A stretch of DNA of 64,000 nt, from the NCBI GenBank assembly GCA_963828195.1, contig CAWHDT010000008.1, positions 128,001 to 192,000 of the forward strand. The letters are read 5' to 3'. A program made the translations under genes and the position numbers. The notes beneath the pieces are model-generated. The model made no database searches, was not told the origin of the DNA, and worked only from the letters and a program-made list of their open reading frames with translations. Positions 49,385 through 61,907 of this stretch are shown one piece after another. The stretch's first letter is position 1; each line of letters opens with the position of its first letter. The DNA comes from Candidatus Bathyarchaeota archaeon (GTDB lineage Archaea > Thermoproteota > Bathyarchaeia > Bathyarchaeales > Bathycorpusculaceae).

Positions 49385-50488
49385 CTATTGTCCAACTCCG
49401 ATGGAGTTGCCGACGCCTACGATTATTATTTTGTCGCCTTCTTTGGTTTGTTCCATGATAACTGCTTTGAGGCGTTCGATGACTTTGTCTACGGCATCGT
49501 TGATTTCTTTGCGCAGCGGTGATACTGCGTCGCCTATGTCCTCTTTGACTATTATGGCATTTATCGGGATATGATATTTTGCAAGTTTTGCTTCAATCTT
49601 GAACTGGTCTACTCCTGGTCCGCCGATTGCCGCGCCGATTCCTTCTGCAACTTCTCCTAGTGTTTCGCCTTCAAGCTTTAAGCCAGCATCGATCATTATT
49701 ACGTTAGCGATTTTACCCTCGTTTTCTTCGATGACTGCTTCAACTGCATCTCCTGGTTTGCCGACGTTTCCGCCTGGACCTTCAGCTTTTATGATTAAAG
49801 CTGTGCGTCCTTCAAGTGGGACTGTAGCCATAACGCAGTCTTTTGGCAGTTTGCGGATTTCGTAGCCATGCATTAGTTTTGCAGCTACCAATGGTCCCGC
49901 GCCGTCGCCGATTGGTTGCCCATACGCGAAGGCTTTCAGAGCGCTTGCATACGCTTCGGCTTCTTTCATAACCATTGGCAATATCATTTGAATTTGCATT
50001 ATCACGTAGAGGCTTAGGGTTTTTTTGCCTTGTATGTAGTAGTGCCTCACGACTTTGTAGATGAAGTTCAACGCCATCGCGGCTTCCAAAGTGTTTTCTA
50101 AATTGTTCACCTGGACGTCGTCGCATCCTGGCGCCATCAGTTTAACCTCGTCTTTTAATCGTGTGTCTCTAACATCAAGGATATGATCAAGCTTGTAAAC
50201 GATGCCGGCTGGATCCATGCTCTGCGGACCGATGGTGAAATAATCCAAATAGCGGTCTACGCGAGCTGTAGGATCAACTGTTGGTTTGCCAATTTCTTTT
50301 ATGGCATCTATGGCGTTTTTACGCCCTTCCTCTTTTATGAACTTTAATTTATGAAGAGAGTTTTCTACCTCACGAATCATAACGTACATTTGGATTCGTT
50401 GACCATAGAAAATTAAGACTATGAAGAAGCCGTACGAAGCGAGGCTCAATATCTGCAGAACCGCGTCATTTCCCGAAAGAAGACTCAA
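49385..50488 (-). CDS. DUF1512 family protein
   Basis: MDPAGIV, PIGDGAGPLVA, IDAGLKLEGE, GAAIGGPG and GVGNSIGVGQ motifs. Confidence 0.88.
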   Translation of the reverse strand: MSLLSGNDAVLQILSLASYGFFIVLIFYGQRIQMYVMIREVENSLHKLKFIKEEGRKNAIDAIKEIGKPTVDPTARVDRYLDYFTIGPQSMDPAGIVYKLDHILDVRDTRLKDEVKLMAPGCDDVQVNNLENTLEAAMALNFIYKVVRHYYIQGKKTLSLYVIMQIQMILPMVMKEAEAYASALKAFAYGQPIGDGAGPLVAAKLMHGYEIRKLPKDCVMATVPLEGRTALIIKAEGPGGNVGKPGDAVEAVIEENEGKIANVIMIDAGLKLEGETLGEVAEGIGAAIGGPGVDQFKIEAKLAKYHIPINAIIVKEDIGDAVSPLRKEINDAVDKVIERLKAVIMEQTKEGDKIIIVGVGNSIGVGQ

Positions 50489-50570
50489 TGTTTACACCAC
50501 TTCCAAAAAACTATTAACGGTTAGTTATAAAGCTATGCCAAATCTACCTAAATTTTTATAAGAATAAGTA

Positions 50571-50692
50571 GGCTGCCAGCTTTCCCAGGTTCGCATGGCC
50601 TAAGACCACACTACAGCTGGAAACGGAGCACAGTTTAACTTCTGAGTTCGGAATGGGATCAGGTGGAACCCGTGCCCTTTGACCGGCAAACC
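50571..50692 (-). rRNA. rrf: 5S ribosomal RNA (unlinked)
   Basis: Minus strand contains CCTGATCCCATTCCGAACTCAGAAGTTAA; the ends GGTTTGCCGG / CTGGCAGCC pair; about 122 nt. Confidence 0.93.
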
Positions 50693-50819
50693 CAGCAATA
50701 CTCCTCAGCTTTCCTTCATTAACCTTTCGCTTTTCACATGCGGGATTATTGAATAGTTTTCGTGGGGGCTTGTTTTCGGGTTGTTTTTTTGGTTTAGGGT
50801 TTGAGGTGTTTGCAGGTTG

Positions 50820-50894
50820 CGTCTTTTCCCGTTGTCTTCCGTTTTTCTGCGTGCTTCCCCGTTCTTCTGCGTTGATTGCCGTTTATTTTCCGTT
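50820..50894. repeat. Degenerate 10-bp tandem array (CGT every 10 bp)
   Basis: CGT at 50820, 50830, 50840, 50850, 50860, 50870, 50880 and 50891, separated by pyrimidine-rich spacers. Confidence 0.7.
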
Positions 50895-51030
50895 CTAAAA
50901 GACTGCAGTTGAGAACTTCGTTAGAGGCTGAAGCGTGCCGCTTAAGGAAACAAGGTTACTTTGCACTCATGACCGCATCTATTATATATGCGACCTCCGG
51001 ACAAGGAAGAATACATCAGGATGTGTAAAA

Positions 51031-51678
51031 ATGAAGGTTTTAGCCATTAACGGAAGCCCAAGAAAGAATAGAAACACGGCAGTGTTGCTAAAGAATGCCC
51101 TTGATGGCGCCGCTTCGCAGGGAGCAGAGACCGAACTCGTTCATTTATGCGACCTTGACTACAAGGGATGCACTAGCTGCTTAGCCTGCAAGCTAAAGAA
51201 CGGAAAGAGCTATGGCAAATGCGCACTGCGGGACGGACTCAGCCCAATACTGGACAAAATTCCGAACGTCGATGCCTTAATCTTAGGATCGCCAGTCTAC
51301 TTCGGCTCAATGACCGGAGAGATGTGGTCGTTTATAGAGCGGCTCTCTTACCCATACCTTTCCCTCGACCCTATGGGGGATTCGCTTTTCCCCAAGAAGA
51401 TCAAGATGGGGTTCATCATAACATTATCGATGGGCGAGAATCGCATGAAAGAGCTGGGGTTAGATCGCCATTTTGAGACTACAGCGATGATTGTAAGCAG
51501 GCTTTTTGGCTCGCATGAATTGCTGGTGGCCGCTGGCACAAGCCTGTGGTGTTCCGATGACTACACAAAGTATATCCGTTCGACCGATGAGGTCGCCGAG
51601 GCTAAGCAGCGCAGTGAAGAAAGGTTCCCGATCGATTGCCAGAAAGCCTTCGACATGGGAGTGAGATTCGCAAAGTAG
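51031..51678 (+). CDS. Iron-sulfur flavoprotein / flavodoxin family
   Basis: INGSPRKNRNT, CTSCLAC...C, GSPVYFG and FIERL motifs. Confidence 0.88.
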   Translation: MKVLAINGSPRKNRNTAVLLKNALDGAASQGAETELVHLCDLDYKGCTSCLACKLKNGKSYGKCALRDGLSPILDKIPNVDALILGSPVYFGSMTGEMWSFIERLSYPYLSLDPMGDSLFPKKIKMGFIITLSMGENRMKELGLDRHFETTAMIVSRLFGSHELLVAAGTSLWCSDDYTKYIRSTDEVAEAKQRSEERFPIDCQKAFDMGVRFAK

Positions 51679-52133
51679 CCCGAACAAAACTTACCTCAAG
51701 ATTCATCTGTCATATTTTCTTAACTCTATGAAATTCAACTTCCTTAACCTTTTAAAAAAGGTAGAGGTTGCGTTTCGCTAAGAGAAAACTGGAAGGTGAT
51801 ATCACCACTCCGACAGTATGCCATGATAGGCTACGAGCCCTTTTCCACGTCTAAACCACTAGTATACGATGCTAAGGTGGTACCTGTGTACTAGCTCCTT
51901 TAGCTACGGATTTCGTGTTTCTGAGGGCAGACTCGATATTTAGACTTTGCATGTCTGTCAATCTGGTTTTAGGTTTTCTAAAGTAAGGAACATTCAATGA
52001 AAAGATAAAGCAGACCCCATACTTCAACAAGTAATATCGGGACAAGGCAGCGCTAGGCAAACTTTTTAATCTGTAGACTGAGGCAGCTTGTTTTAGGACG
52101 CAAATTCTTAAAGCAAGTTACATCCATCAATTA

Positions 52134-52748
52134 TTGAGGAATCAAGGGTTGCTTGAGCCCAAAAAAGCTGGAAAACAAAGATTCGGAGGCGCCACGGGAA
52201 TATTGGCACCCATAATTGCGTTTACCTGCATTCTGTTAGCCATCGCATCCTACCCTGCTTTCAGCTGGACGAGAAATGCCTTAAGCGATTTAGGCGTAGT
52301 AGCAGGCAAAACGGGTTTACTCTTTAATTTCGGGCTAGTTGCCAGCGGACTTTTAGCCTTAAATTTTGCAGTATTTGGCTTGTACGCTTACCTTGGAAAA
52401 AGTTGGGTTGGCAAAATCGGCGCAGCAGCCTTTGCAGCTGCAACAATAGCACTTATCGCCATTGGAGTTTTTAACGAGCACTATGCCGGAATACACTACG
52501 CAGTTTCAGTAGCGTTCTTCACGCTAATGCCCATAGCAATGTTCATTATAACCTGCGCTTTTCTGCTTGCTCACCGGGGACAAATGGCTCTTTTCACAGT
52601 TTCAACTGGGGTTGCCGCCGCACTGCCTTGGCTACTGTTGTTTGCCTTTAAGTATGTTCCAAATGTGGCTATTCCAGAATTCGTGTCGGGACTCATCGTT
52701 TCAGCATGGACCATTACCCTGTGCTACAAAATGTTAAAACAACACTAA
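52134..52748 (+). CDS. DUF998 membrane protein
   Basis: FSWTRNALSDLG, LFN.GL, IGVF...H and AIPE motifs. Confidence 0.85.
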   Translation: MRNQGLLEPKKAGKQRFGGATGILAPIIAFTCILLAIASYPAFSWTRNALSDLGVVAGKTGLLFNFGLVASGLLALNFAVFGLYAYLGKSWVGKIGAAAFAAATIALIAIGVFNEHYAGIHYAVSVAFFTLMPIAMFIITCAFLLAHRGQMALFTVSTGVAAALPWLLLFAFKYVPNVAIPEFVSGLIVSAWTITLCYKMLKQH

Positions 52749-52754
52749 AGCCGA

Positions 52755-53756
52755 TTACTTCTTGATTTTTTCTGCAGCATCCAAGTACATTTGTGCGCAG
52801 CAATAAGAAGAAAAAGAAGTTACGAAGCCCATGCATTGCGCGTATTTTACAGCTTCTTCAGCGGGAAAAGCAATAGCGTCTACCCCGGCTTTCAACGCCA
52901 AAACGTCTGTTTCGCTTCGCGATGCCCCTTTGGGTCTCATGCAACCCAAAATCAACGGGGTTTCTGGAAACATCAACCGCGCAACAGACGCAACTTTGGC
53001 TATGTCGATTGGTTTGGGCGGCGTCGTTTTCTCCATGGCTGTTCCACGTATGGGCATGAACGCAATTATTACAAGGGCAGACGGTTTGACTCTGCTTATC
53101 ATCTGGAGCGCTTCTAATTCCCCGTCTAATTTGCCCCCATTTAAGCCGACGATAACATGAGGCACAAAATTTGACCCTGATTTATCCAAAGCTTCTAACG
53201 AATCCACATAATCTTTCAAAGTTATATGCAGGTTGTAGATTTTTTTAATAGTTTCTTCCGAGCCTAGAACATCGATTAATGCAGCATCAACTTTCGCCTT
53301 CATTAATGCACCGGCAGTTTCAAGATTTATTATGCCTGTGTGGACAAAAACCGTTAAACCGAGCTCCCGCTTAATTCGCTCAATCGTTGGCACGAACCAG
53401 TTAAGCGGCACCGAACCATCAGTTAAACATCCTCCACTGATAAGGCAGCCTTGAGCGCCGCCCTTTTTCAGCTTGGCGCTTAATTCAAAAAGTTCCTCGG
53501 GCGAGCCCGCTGGACTCATGGTTTCAAGCACTTTGCCCCCGCAATGCTTGCAATTCAACGCGCAAGAGCTGCCGGTCACCGAAATTGTCGGGAAAGCCGT
53601 TGGGGACGAGCAGTAATATTTTGTTTTGTAGTATGTGAAGCTTGGAGCGTAAAAACGAATTTGTTTAGGCTTAGGCGTAAAGTAGCCTGATTCCAGTAGC
53701 CCTAAGAGGCCTTTTTCGTTCAGGTTCCAAACTGTTTCGGGAGCGAGAATAGTCAT
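52755..53756 (-). CDS. Radical SAM protein, LipS1-like (archaeal lipoyl synthase component)
   Basis: SVTG..CALNCKHC, GCLISGG, GCMR and C-terminal CC motifs. Confidence 0.75.
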   Translation of the reverse strand: MTILAPETVWNLNEKGLLGLLESGYFTPKPKQIRFYAPSFTYYKTKYYCSSPTAFPTISVTGSSCALNCKHCGGKVLETMSPAGSPEELFELSAKLKKGGAQGCLISGGCLTDGSVPLNWFVPTIERIKRELGLTVFVHTGIINLETAGALMKAKVDAALIDVLGSEETIKKIYNLHITLKDYVDSLEALDKSGSNFVPHVIVGLNGGKLDGELEALQMISRVKPSALVIIAFMPIRGTAMEKTTPPKPIDIAKVASVARLMFPETPLILGCMRPKGASRSETDVLALKAGVDAIAFPAEEAVKYAQCMGFVTSFSSYCCAQMYLDAAEKIKK

Positions 53757-53941
53757 GTTTTTTCACTCTAAGAGTCTTTGCGTTGCTTAATAGCTTAGTG
53801 TAAGGTAAATTCTCTCCAAAAAGAATCCGTTTAACCAGCGAAAAACCGCCATTTTGCCTGCTTACTTCCACAAAATGTATGCGAACTTTAAATATTAAAA
53901 AATTTATAGTTTAACATGCAAGTGCAGTTTTAGGTTTAAAT

Positions 53942-55114
53942 ATGAACAGAAAAGAACTATTTCAATTATTCAAAACTTCATTCAAGAACTGGCTAAGCAA
54001 CAACGCGCCGATAAGGGCGGCAGCATTAACATTCTTCATTATTCTCCCCCTGCCCTCACTTTTACTTATTGTAGTGGCTGGTTTTGCATTGTTTTATGGT
54101 CACGCTCAAGCCATCCACTTGTTGATACAGCAAATAACGGCGCTTGCAGGGCCAGCTGTAGCAGGATTATTCAACCAATTGCTTGCAAGCTCAACTTCAC
54201 CCTTCTCATCCCTTTGGGTTTCTGTCACAACATTGGCTTTTTCTTTAGGTGGAGCAATCGGTGCCTTTGCCGTCCTACGTGACACAATGGATACTGTCTG
54301 GGAAATTAAATCGACAAAAGCGCCAAGTTTCACAAGAATGGTGCGAAAAAGAATCGGACCATTTATCGTTGTTTCTGTTCTTGGATTAATTGTGATAGCT
54401 TGGACTGGAGTGGCATCTCTTCTTTTTGGAACGATTAAGTTTTTCTCAGTAAATGGAACCCTAACCCTGATTGTGATAACAATAGCGCGAATACTATCGT
54501 TGTTTGGTTTATCCGTGTTACTTTTTGCCTTAACTTACAAGTTGATTCCCGACACCAAGGTTCACTGGAGAGACGTCGCATTAGCCTCAGTGTTGGCAGG
54601 CGTGGCTTTCACCGTAACTAACTATATCATCGGAACCTACGTTGAAACCTTCACAGTCACCACAATCATTGGAGCCGCAGGTTCACTAATGATTATTCTA
54701 CTGTGGATTTTTATCCTAAACCAAATTATGCTGTTCGGCGCCCAATTATCAAAAGTTTACGCCACAACCTACTCTGGGGAACACACAAAGCAACATTTGC
54801 CTCAAACAGCGGCGAAAAAAATAGTCAAGTCCATTGAAAGAGCGGGACAGAAAATAGAGCAAGCAACAAAAGGAAATGATACAGCAACACAAAAAACGAT
54901 CGCACAAAAACCTGAAGCCGAAAAAACAACTGTGAAAACCTCAATTCAAACTCCGAAGAAAGAGGGAAGAGCTGAGGAAAAAGACGTCGAAACTAAGCAG
55001 CTGCCGATGGAAGAAAAAACAGAAGAAGCGGAACCCGAAAAACCTGACGAAGGCAAAGTAGAAGTTACCGTTAAAATTAAAACTCCTGATAAGAAGCCGA
55101 AAAGTAACGATTAA
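53942..55114 (+). CDS. YihY/BrkB family membrane protein with charged tail
   Basis: AAALTFF..L.LP.LL, YKLIPD and GAAGSLMIILLWIF...LFGA motifs. Confidence 0.88.
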   Translation: MNRKELFQLFKTSFKNWLSNNAPIRAAALTFFIILPLPSLLLIVVAGFALFYGHAQAIHLLIQQITALAGPAVAGLFNQLLASSTSPFSSLWVSVTTLAFSLGGAIGAFAVLRDTMDTVWEIKSTKAPSFTRMVRKRIGPFIVVSVLGLIVIAWTGVASLLFGTIKFFSVNGTLTLIVITIARILSLFGLSVLLFALTYKLIPDTKVHWRDVALASVLAGVAFTVTNYIIGTYVETFTVTTIIGAAGSLMIILLWIFILNQIMLFGAQLSKVYATTYSGEHTKQHLPQTAAKKIVKSIERAGQKIEQATKGNDTATQKTIAQKPEAEKTTVKTSIQTPKKEGRAEEKDVETKQLPMEEKTEEAEPEKPDEGKVEVTVKIKTPDKKPKSND

Positions 55115-55188
55115 TCATGTTTGACGCGAATTGTTTGAAAAATCATGGGCGCTAACGCTAAATATTGATGCTTTATATCATAGTTAAT

Positions 55189-55512
55189 ATGCGCCACGTT
55201 AAAACGTCCTTCTTTCTAAGCGGCTTGTTTCTATGCATTGAAGTGTTTCTGCTTTACCTCTGCCTTTCCGCAAAAGTCTACTTTGTAGGTGTTCCTTTTC
55301 TTGCACTTACTCTGTTAGATGTTTATCGGCTAAACCGTAAAATAGGATTCTTAAAAAACCACCCGAGCCGCCGAGAACAAGAAGAAAGAAGCAACTCGCG
55401 GCAGCAGGCACGCGGCTACTATTGGAATCTCTGGTTCCGATTCGCCGACGCTCACGAACACGAATTTATTTCACAGAAATTCCATGAACGCATCAGAAAA
55501 ATTAGTAAATGA
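55189..55512 (+). CDS. Hypothetical membrane protein
   Basis: Two TM helices and a charged C-terminus. Confidence 0.5.
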   Translation: MRHVKTSFFLSGLFLCIEVFLLYLCLSAKVYFVGVPFLALTLLDVYRLNRKIGFLKNHPSRREQEERSNSRQQARGYYWNLWFRFADAHEHEFISQKFHERIRKISK

Positions 55513-55530
55513 TTCTTTTGAAGTAGAAGC

Positions 55531-55608
55531 TGGTGGGCCGAGGCGGATTTGAACTGCCGACCTTTCGATTATCAGTCGAACGCTCCAGCCGTGCTGAGCT
55601 ACCGGCCC
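55531..55608 (-). tRNA. tRNA-Ile(GAT)
   Basis: GGGCCGG...TTCGA-CTGATAA-TCGAA...GTTCAAATC...TCGGCCCACCA; CCA is encoded. Confidence 0.95.
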
Positions 55609-55696
55609 ACCGTATAGGGTACTGAAATTAAATATTATGTTAGTTTATAAGAATTGCCGTAATTCTTTAATGCAACTCCATTATTGTTTTGTCAAG

Positions 55697-55772
55697 GGGC
55701 TCGTAGCCTAGCACGGATTAAGGTGTCGGCCTTCGGAGCCGGAGATCGTGGGTTCAAATCCCACCGGGCCCG
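55697..55772 (+). tRNA. tRNA-Arg(TCG)
   Basis: GGGCTCG...TCGGC-CTTCGGA-GCCGG...GTGGGTTCAAATCCCAC-CGGGCCCG. Confidence 0.95.
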
Positions 55773-55873
55773 CTTCTTTTGAAAAGCAGACAGTGGGTAC
55801 TTCAGTTTTGGCCGATGGTCTACAAACGAGGATTAAATAAGAAAACCGAACTATGCTATGATGAGGCATCCAT

Positions 55874-56398
55874 TTGACAAACGATGATTATGCCACTGAA
55901 AAAGACATGCAGCAAGCAGAAGTTTTTGATGCATTGGGGCATCCTACACGAGTTGTTATTTTGAAGGCTTTAAGTGAAGGACCAGCCGGTTTTGCTGAGT
56001 TAAAAAAGAAAACTGGGATCGAAAGCAGCGGTCACCTTTTACATCACTTAAACAAACTCGGAGGCTTGGTAAAAACTGATGAGTACGGCAAATACTGTCT
56101 TTCAGATCAAGGAAGAGACGCTTTGCTAAGCGTGCAAACTGTAGAAAAGGTTGCAGACCTAAAAGCAAATAGAAAGGCTGCAAACTACCTTGAACACGCA
56201 GAAACGATCTTGAAAGGTCTTTTTGTTGCGTTTGCTGCTCTTTTAGTTCTAAGTTCTGCAACAGCATTTTACCAATTAAAAGAGATGGGGCTGTTTGAGC
56301 AGACTATTTTTATAGCCGTTGGCTTTTTTGCGTGCTTGGGCGCTTATCTTCGAATACAAGCCGAATATGTCTCAAAAGTAGAACCAGCACCAAACTGA
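55874..56398 (+). CDS. ArsR-like wHTH regulator with C-terminal TM helices
   Basis: FDALGHPTRVVIL...GIESSGHLLHHL.KL...GKY.L; two TM helices. Confidence 0.8.
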   Translation: MTNDDYATEKDMQQAEVFDALGHPTRVVILKALSEGPAGFAELKKKTGIESSGHLLHHLNKLGGLVKTDEYGKYCLSDQGRDALLSVQTVEKVADLKANRKAANYLEHAETILKGLFVAFAALLVLSSATAFYQLKEMGLFEQTIFIAVGFFACLGAYLRIQAEYVSKVEPAPN

Positions 56399-56431
56399 AA
56401 GGTAAAAAATGAAACTAACAATTTGGGTTGG

Positions 56432-57292
56432 TTATGCATTTAGTAGTTTTAGTTGTCGCATTAATGCTTCTCTATCGTTGGGTTGCCGCATCCACAGTTC
56501 ACGTTTTTCCCTGAATTGGTCGCCTGTGATTTTTCCTTTTGCTTGCAGCGCACCGAGCAGCTTCACAAATTCGCCTAGTTCCAGCTGTTCCTTGGTTACT
56601 GCGTTTCGTGTTTTTCCCTCTCCCGTCGGGTGAGGCGCGGCTTTTTCTTGGTCCGGCGGCGGGTAAGCATTGTATAGGAATCTAGCGAAATAAGTGATTT
56701 CCCAAGGTTTAGTTATCGGCTGGGTTTCTTTTGCGGCCAGCAGTTCGGACGTTAAGGATGCGTACTCTTCTCCCAGCGAATAATACTTTCTTGGGTTCGG
56801 TTTATCCACAACTTTGCTAACGAAAAACTTTAGGTGGGGCGTGCTGAAAATCGGAAGCACTTTGCCGCTTTCATAGTTGAAGCAAAAGATAGTTTTTTTG
56901 GCAATATGTTTGTCTCCGCCTAAATGGCTTATGGTTTCCCATCGAGCATCCACTTTTTCGGCAAGCGACTTCTTTTGGTCAACAACTATGCGAAGCAAAG
57001 CTTTGAAGTCTTCAAGCTGCAACCTGACGTTTCGGTAAACCGTGGAGCCTTGAACGGTTAGGTGCCCAAGCGGAGCAAGATAATACTCTAAATAACGAAA
57101 AAACTCGCCTACTTCACCCGAACTCGCCCTGAAAACATCGTCACCAGTCAACCAATCTATTGACTGAGGATTTTCAGCGAAAGGAAATTTCACTCTAAAA
57201 TCCTTCAACAGCAAAAGCGCTTTTTCTATCTCAGCCTTCATTGATCCGTCTTTGTCAAAGGCATTTGCTTTCTCTATCATCGAATTTCCCAT
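56432..57292 (-). CDS. Hypothetical protein
   Basis: 286-aa ORF; GGDKHIAKK...LPIFS..HL; short SHOCT-like tail (L..KGKIT..QF). Confidence 0.65.
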   Translation of the reverse strand: MGNSMIEKANAFDKDGSMKAEIEKALLLLKDFRVKFPFAENPQSIDWLTGDDVFRASSGEVGEFFRYLEYYLAPLGHLTVQGSTVYRNVRLQLEDFKALLRIVVDQKKSLAEKVDARWETISHLGGDKHIAKKTIFCFNYESGKVLPIFSTPHLKFFVSKVVDKPNPRKYYSLGEEYASLTSELLAAKETQPITKPWEITYFARFLYNAYPPPDQEKAAPHPTGEGKTRNAVTKEQLELGEFVKLLGALQAKGKITGDQFREKRELWMRQPNDREALMRQLKLLNA

Positions 57293-57459
57293 TGCTATTT
57301 CAACCCCATCTTTATTTTAAATTTGCCCTAAAGAACATTTGCAATCGACAAAGTCAAAAAGAAATCACTTGCCTTCTTAAGACTGCTATTTCCCGTAAAC
57401 TAAATCGTATTGTGACAGCTAAAAAATGGGTTTTTAGAGATGTGTGTCTTGATACGGGT

Positions 57460-57918
57460 TTATGGAAAGCCTTCTATTAGGTCGTAGAGGTAAGCGTTCC
57501 ACTCTGAGGATTCTTTCTCCAACATTTTAATTAGTTCAGCGAGAACCCTGTGATGTTTCCGCTCGTCATCCAAAATGTTTAAGATAACTTGTTTAACCTG
57601 CTTATTCTGTACGACTTTACTTATTTCCTCTGTTTGCTTTAACATAACGGCCTCTTCCGTTAAGTGGCGGGTAATCTCGGTTTTGCCAAGTTCTTTGCTT
57701 TCCTCACCGATAAGCGCAGTTGAATTCAAATCTATAAGCATTTGATAGGTTTCGGAGTGCTTTGTGGTGTCCAAAATTATGCTGTGAATCATAGTTTTAA
57801 TAAGAGGATTTTTCGCGGCTTCATACAGGGGCATTAGACTCTTTGCGGTTTTATCCTCAAACTCTTTTTGCTTCTTTATTTTATTGAGAGTATTTTCATC
57901 TAATATTTCCCAAGACAA
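57460..57918 (-). CDS. Ferritin-like / rubrerythrin-like four-helix protein
   Basis: E...DTTKH and E...DERKHH ligand patterns. Confidence 0.7.
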   Translation of the reverse strand: MSWEILDENTLNKIKKQKEFEDKTAKSLMPLYEAAKNPLIKTMIHSIILDTTKHSETYQMLIDLNSTALIGEESKELGKTEITRHLTEEAVMLKQTEEISKVVQNKQVKQVILNILDDERKHHRVLAELIKMLEKESSEWNAYLYDLIEGFP

Positions 57919-58022
57919 ACTGTTGACCTCATTAAACTTCTATAAAAATAGCTTATTTAAGTTTCTGAATTGAGCAAATAAGCAAATCTTAAATCTATTT
58001 GACAATAATAAGCAGTCAAGGA

Positions 58023-58982
58023 ATGGGTAATATGGTAAATGTACTTGACGGTATAGCAATTCTGGTGCTTTTAATTATAATTCTTTATGTATTTATTGTG
58101 TCGCTTCGAATTGTCAGGCCTACCGAAAAGGGCTTGGTGGAGCGGCTTGGCAAGTACCAGCGGTTTGTTGAAGGCGGCATAACTTTGCTCGTTCCCTTCG
58201 TAGATAAAATCATCAAAGTTAACGTCACCGAACGCATGACTCCAGTCCAGAGGCAAGACGTCATAACAAGAGATAAGGTCTTCATGGGTGTGGATGCCGT
58301 AGTGTTCTACAGAATCAAGCATGACGAGGCATCGGTTAAAGCTTCACAGTACAATGTGGCGAACTTTGCCGAACAAATAGACACACTTGCCCGAACTGTA
58401 CTGAGGGACATTATAGGCGGCATGGACATGGCTATAGCTAACACTTCAAGACCCACAATCAACGGCAGTCTCAAAACCGCTCTAGACGAGCAGACGGAAA
58501 AATGGGGAATTGAAATTGTCAGGGCAGAAATTAAAGATCTTGAGCCCCCGAGGGAACTCATCATATCCATGGAATCTGTCTTGAAAGCTGATAATGAGCG
58601 TCAAGCCGCCGAAAAAACCGCTATAGCACAAGCCACTTTGGCAAGCGGAGAAAAAAACGCGGCAATTCAAGTTGCTGAGGGGCAAAAGCAAGCTGCCATC
58701 CTTGAAGCGGAAGGGCAGAAATCCGCCACCGTAACAATTGCTGAAGGGGACGCCCAAGCGACCAAGTTGAGGAGCGAGGCTTTGACCACGTACTTCAAAG
58801 ACAGCGCCATAGTGTCCAAACAACTAGATACGATTGCGGCGGCTTTGCAGAATAACACGAAGATAATTGTTCCCGAGGGGAAAGCTATCTCATTAATCCT
58901 TAACGAGCAGGAGAACCTTTCAAAAGCAACCATCATCCCTGTGACGCTGCCACAGCAAAGGAAAGACAACAAACAAATGTAA
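58023..58982 (+). CDS. SPFH/band 7 (stomatin/QmcA-like) protein
   Basis: LVERLGKY, QDVITRD, WGIEI.R.EIKD and AEGQKQAAILEAEG motifs. Confidence 0.92.
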   Translation: MGNMVNVLDGIAILVLLIIILYVFIVSLRIVRPTEKGLVERLGKYQRFVEGGITLLVPFVDKIIKVNVTERMTPVQRQDVITRDKVFMGVDAVVFYRIKHDEASVKASQYNVANFAEQIDTLARTVLRDIIGGMDMAIANTSRPTINGSLKTALDEQTEKWGIEIVRAEIKDLEPPRELIISMESVLKADNERQAAEKTAIAQATLASGEKNAAIQVAEGQKQAAILEAEGQKSATVTIAEGDAQATKLRSEALTTYFKDSAIVSKQLDTIAAALQNNTKIIVPEGKAISLILNEQENLSKATIIPVTLPQQRKDNKQM

Positions 58983-59031
58983 GCTTTTCTTCCTGCCTAA
59001 CTGAAGGGTTGATAAGCTAATCCTTAAATAA

Positions 59032-61251
<2,220 letters not shown>

Positions 61252-61465
61252 CAAAGCTAGTGAAAGCAGTACAGCATAAGTAGCTCGCCCGGAACAAGAA
61301 GCCCGCAGCTGCATTACCTCTTTTCTTTTTTTAGACATGCTTAGGCTTAATTTTGTCTTTTTCAAGTCACCATTTTTTGAAGTGCTTGCGGAAAGAAGAT
61401 TTTCAAAAAAGGACAGGAAAGAGATTAGTAAGAGCGAGTAATGCGTTTATCTTGAATAACAATCT

Positions 61466-61669
61466 ATGTGCCCTAGAGTTATCGTTAAAGAAAAAGCAGC
61501 AATTTTCATAGTGTCTACTGTCGTTCTAGTGTTGAGTTTGACTCTTTTGGAATTAAGGATTTTTAGTTTTCTCGGATTTCTCTTGGTTTTGCTGGTAATT
61601 TTTGTTGGTGCAAACTTGGCTTTTCGTTCCATTGATAGGCGAGGCAAAAATGCAGCGAAAACAGCCTAA
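61466..61669 (+). CDS. Small two-TM protein
   Basis: Hydrophobic 67-aa ORF with a basic tail. Confidence 0.45.
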   Translation: MCPRVIVKEKAAIFIVSTVVLVLSLTLLELRIFSFLGFLLVLLVIFVGANLAFRSIDRRGKNAAKTA

Positions 61670-61907
61670 CATTTCGGGGAAACATGCCAAATTACGATAA
61701 AAATAGGTTAAAATTAAGGTGACTTTAAAGTCGTTCAAGGTAAAAATTGACAAAAGCCTGTTGAAGTTTTTTGAAAGTCAACCAAAGCTACAATAATGCA
61801 ACTATAAACAGGGAATTGGTAAGTTTTTAAAAATGTCTGCAATCTGTTTTACGCATAATGCTTTAATAATTCAAGAAACAAATTAGGTGGTTATCGGGTA
61901 AATCGGC

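Noticed and set aside
50571-50692. Unlinked 5S rRNA as a novelty
   Set aside because: Separation of 5S from 16S-23S is common in TACK archaea.
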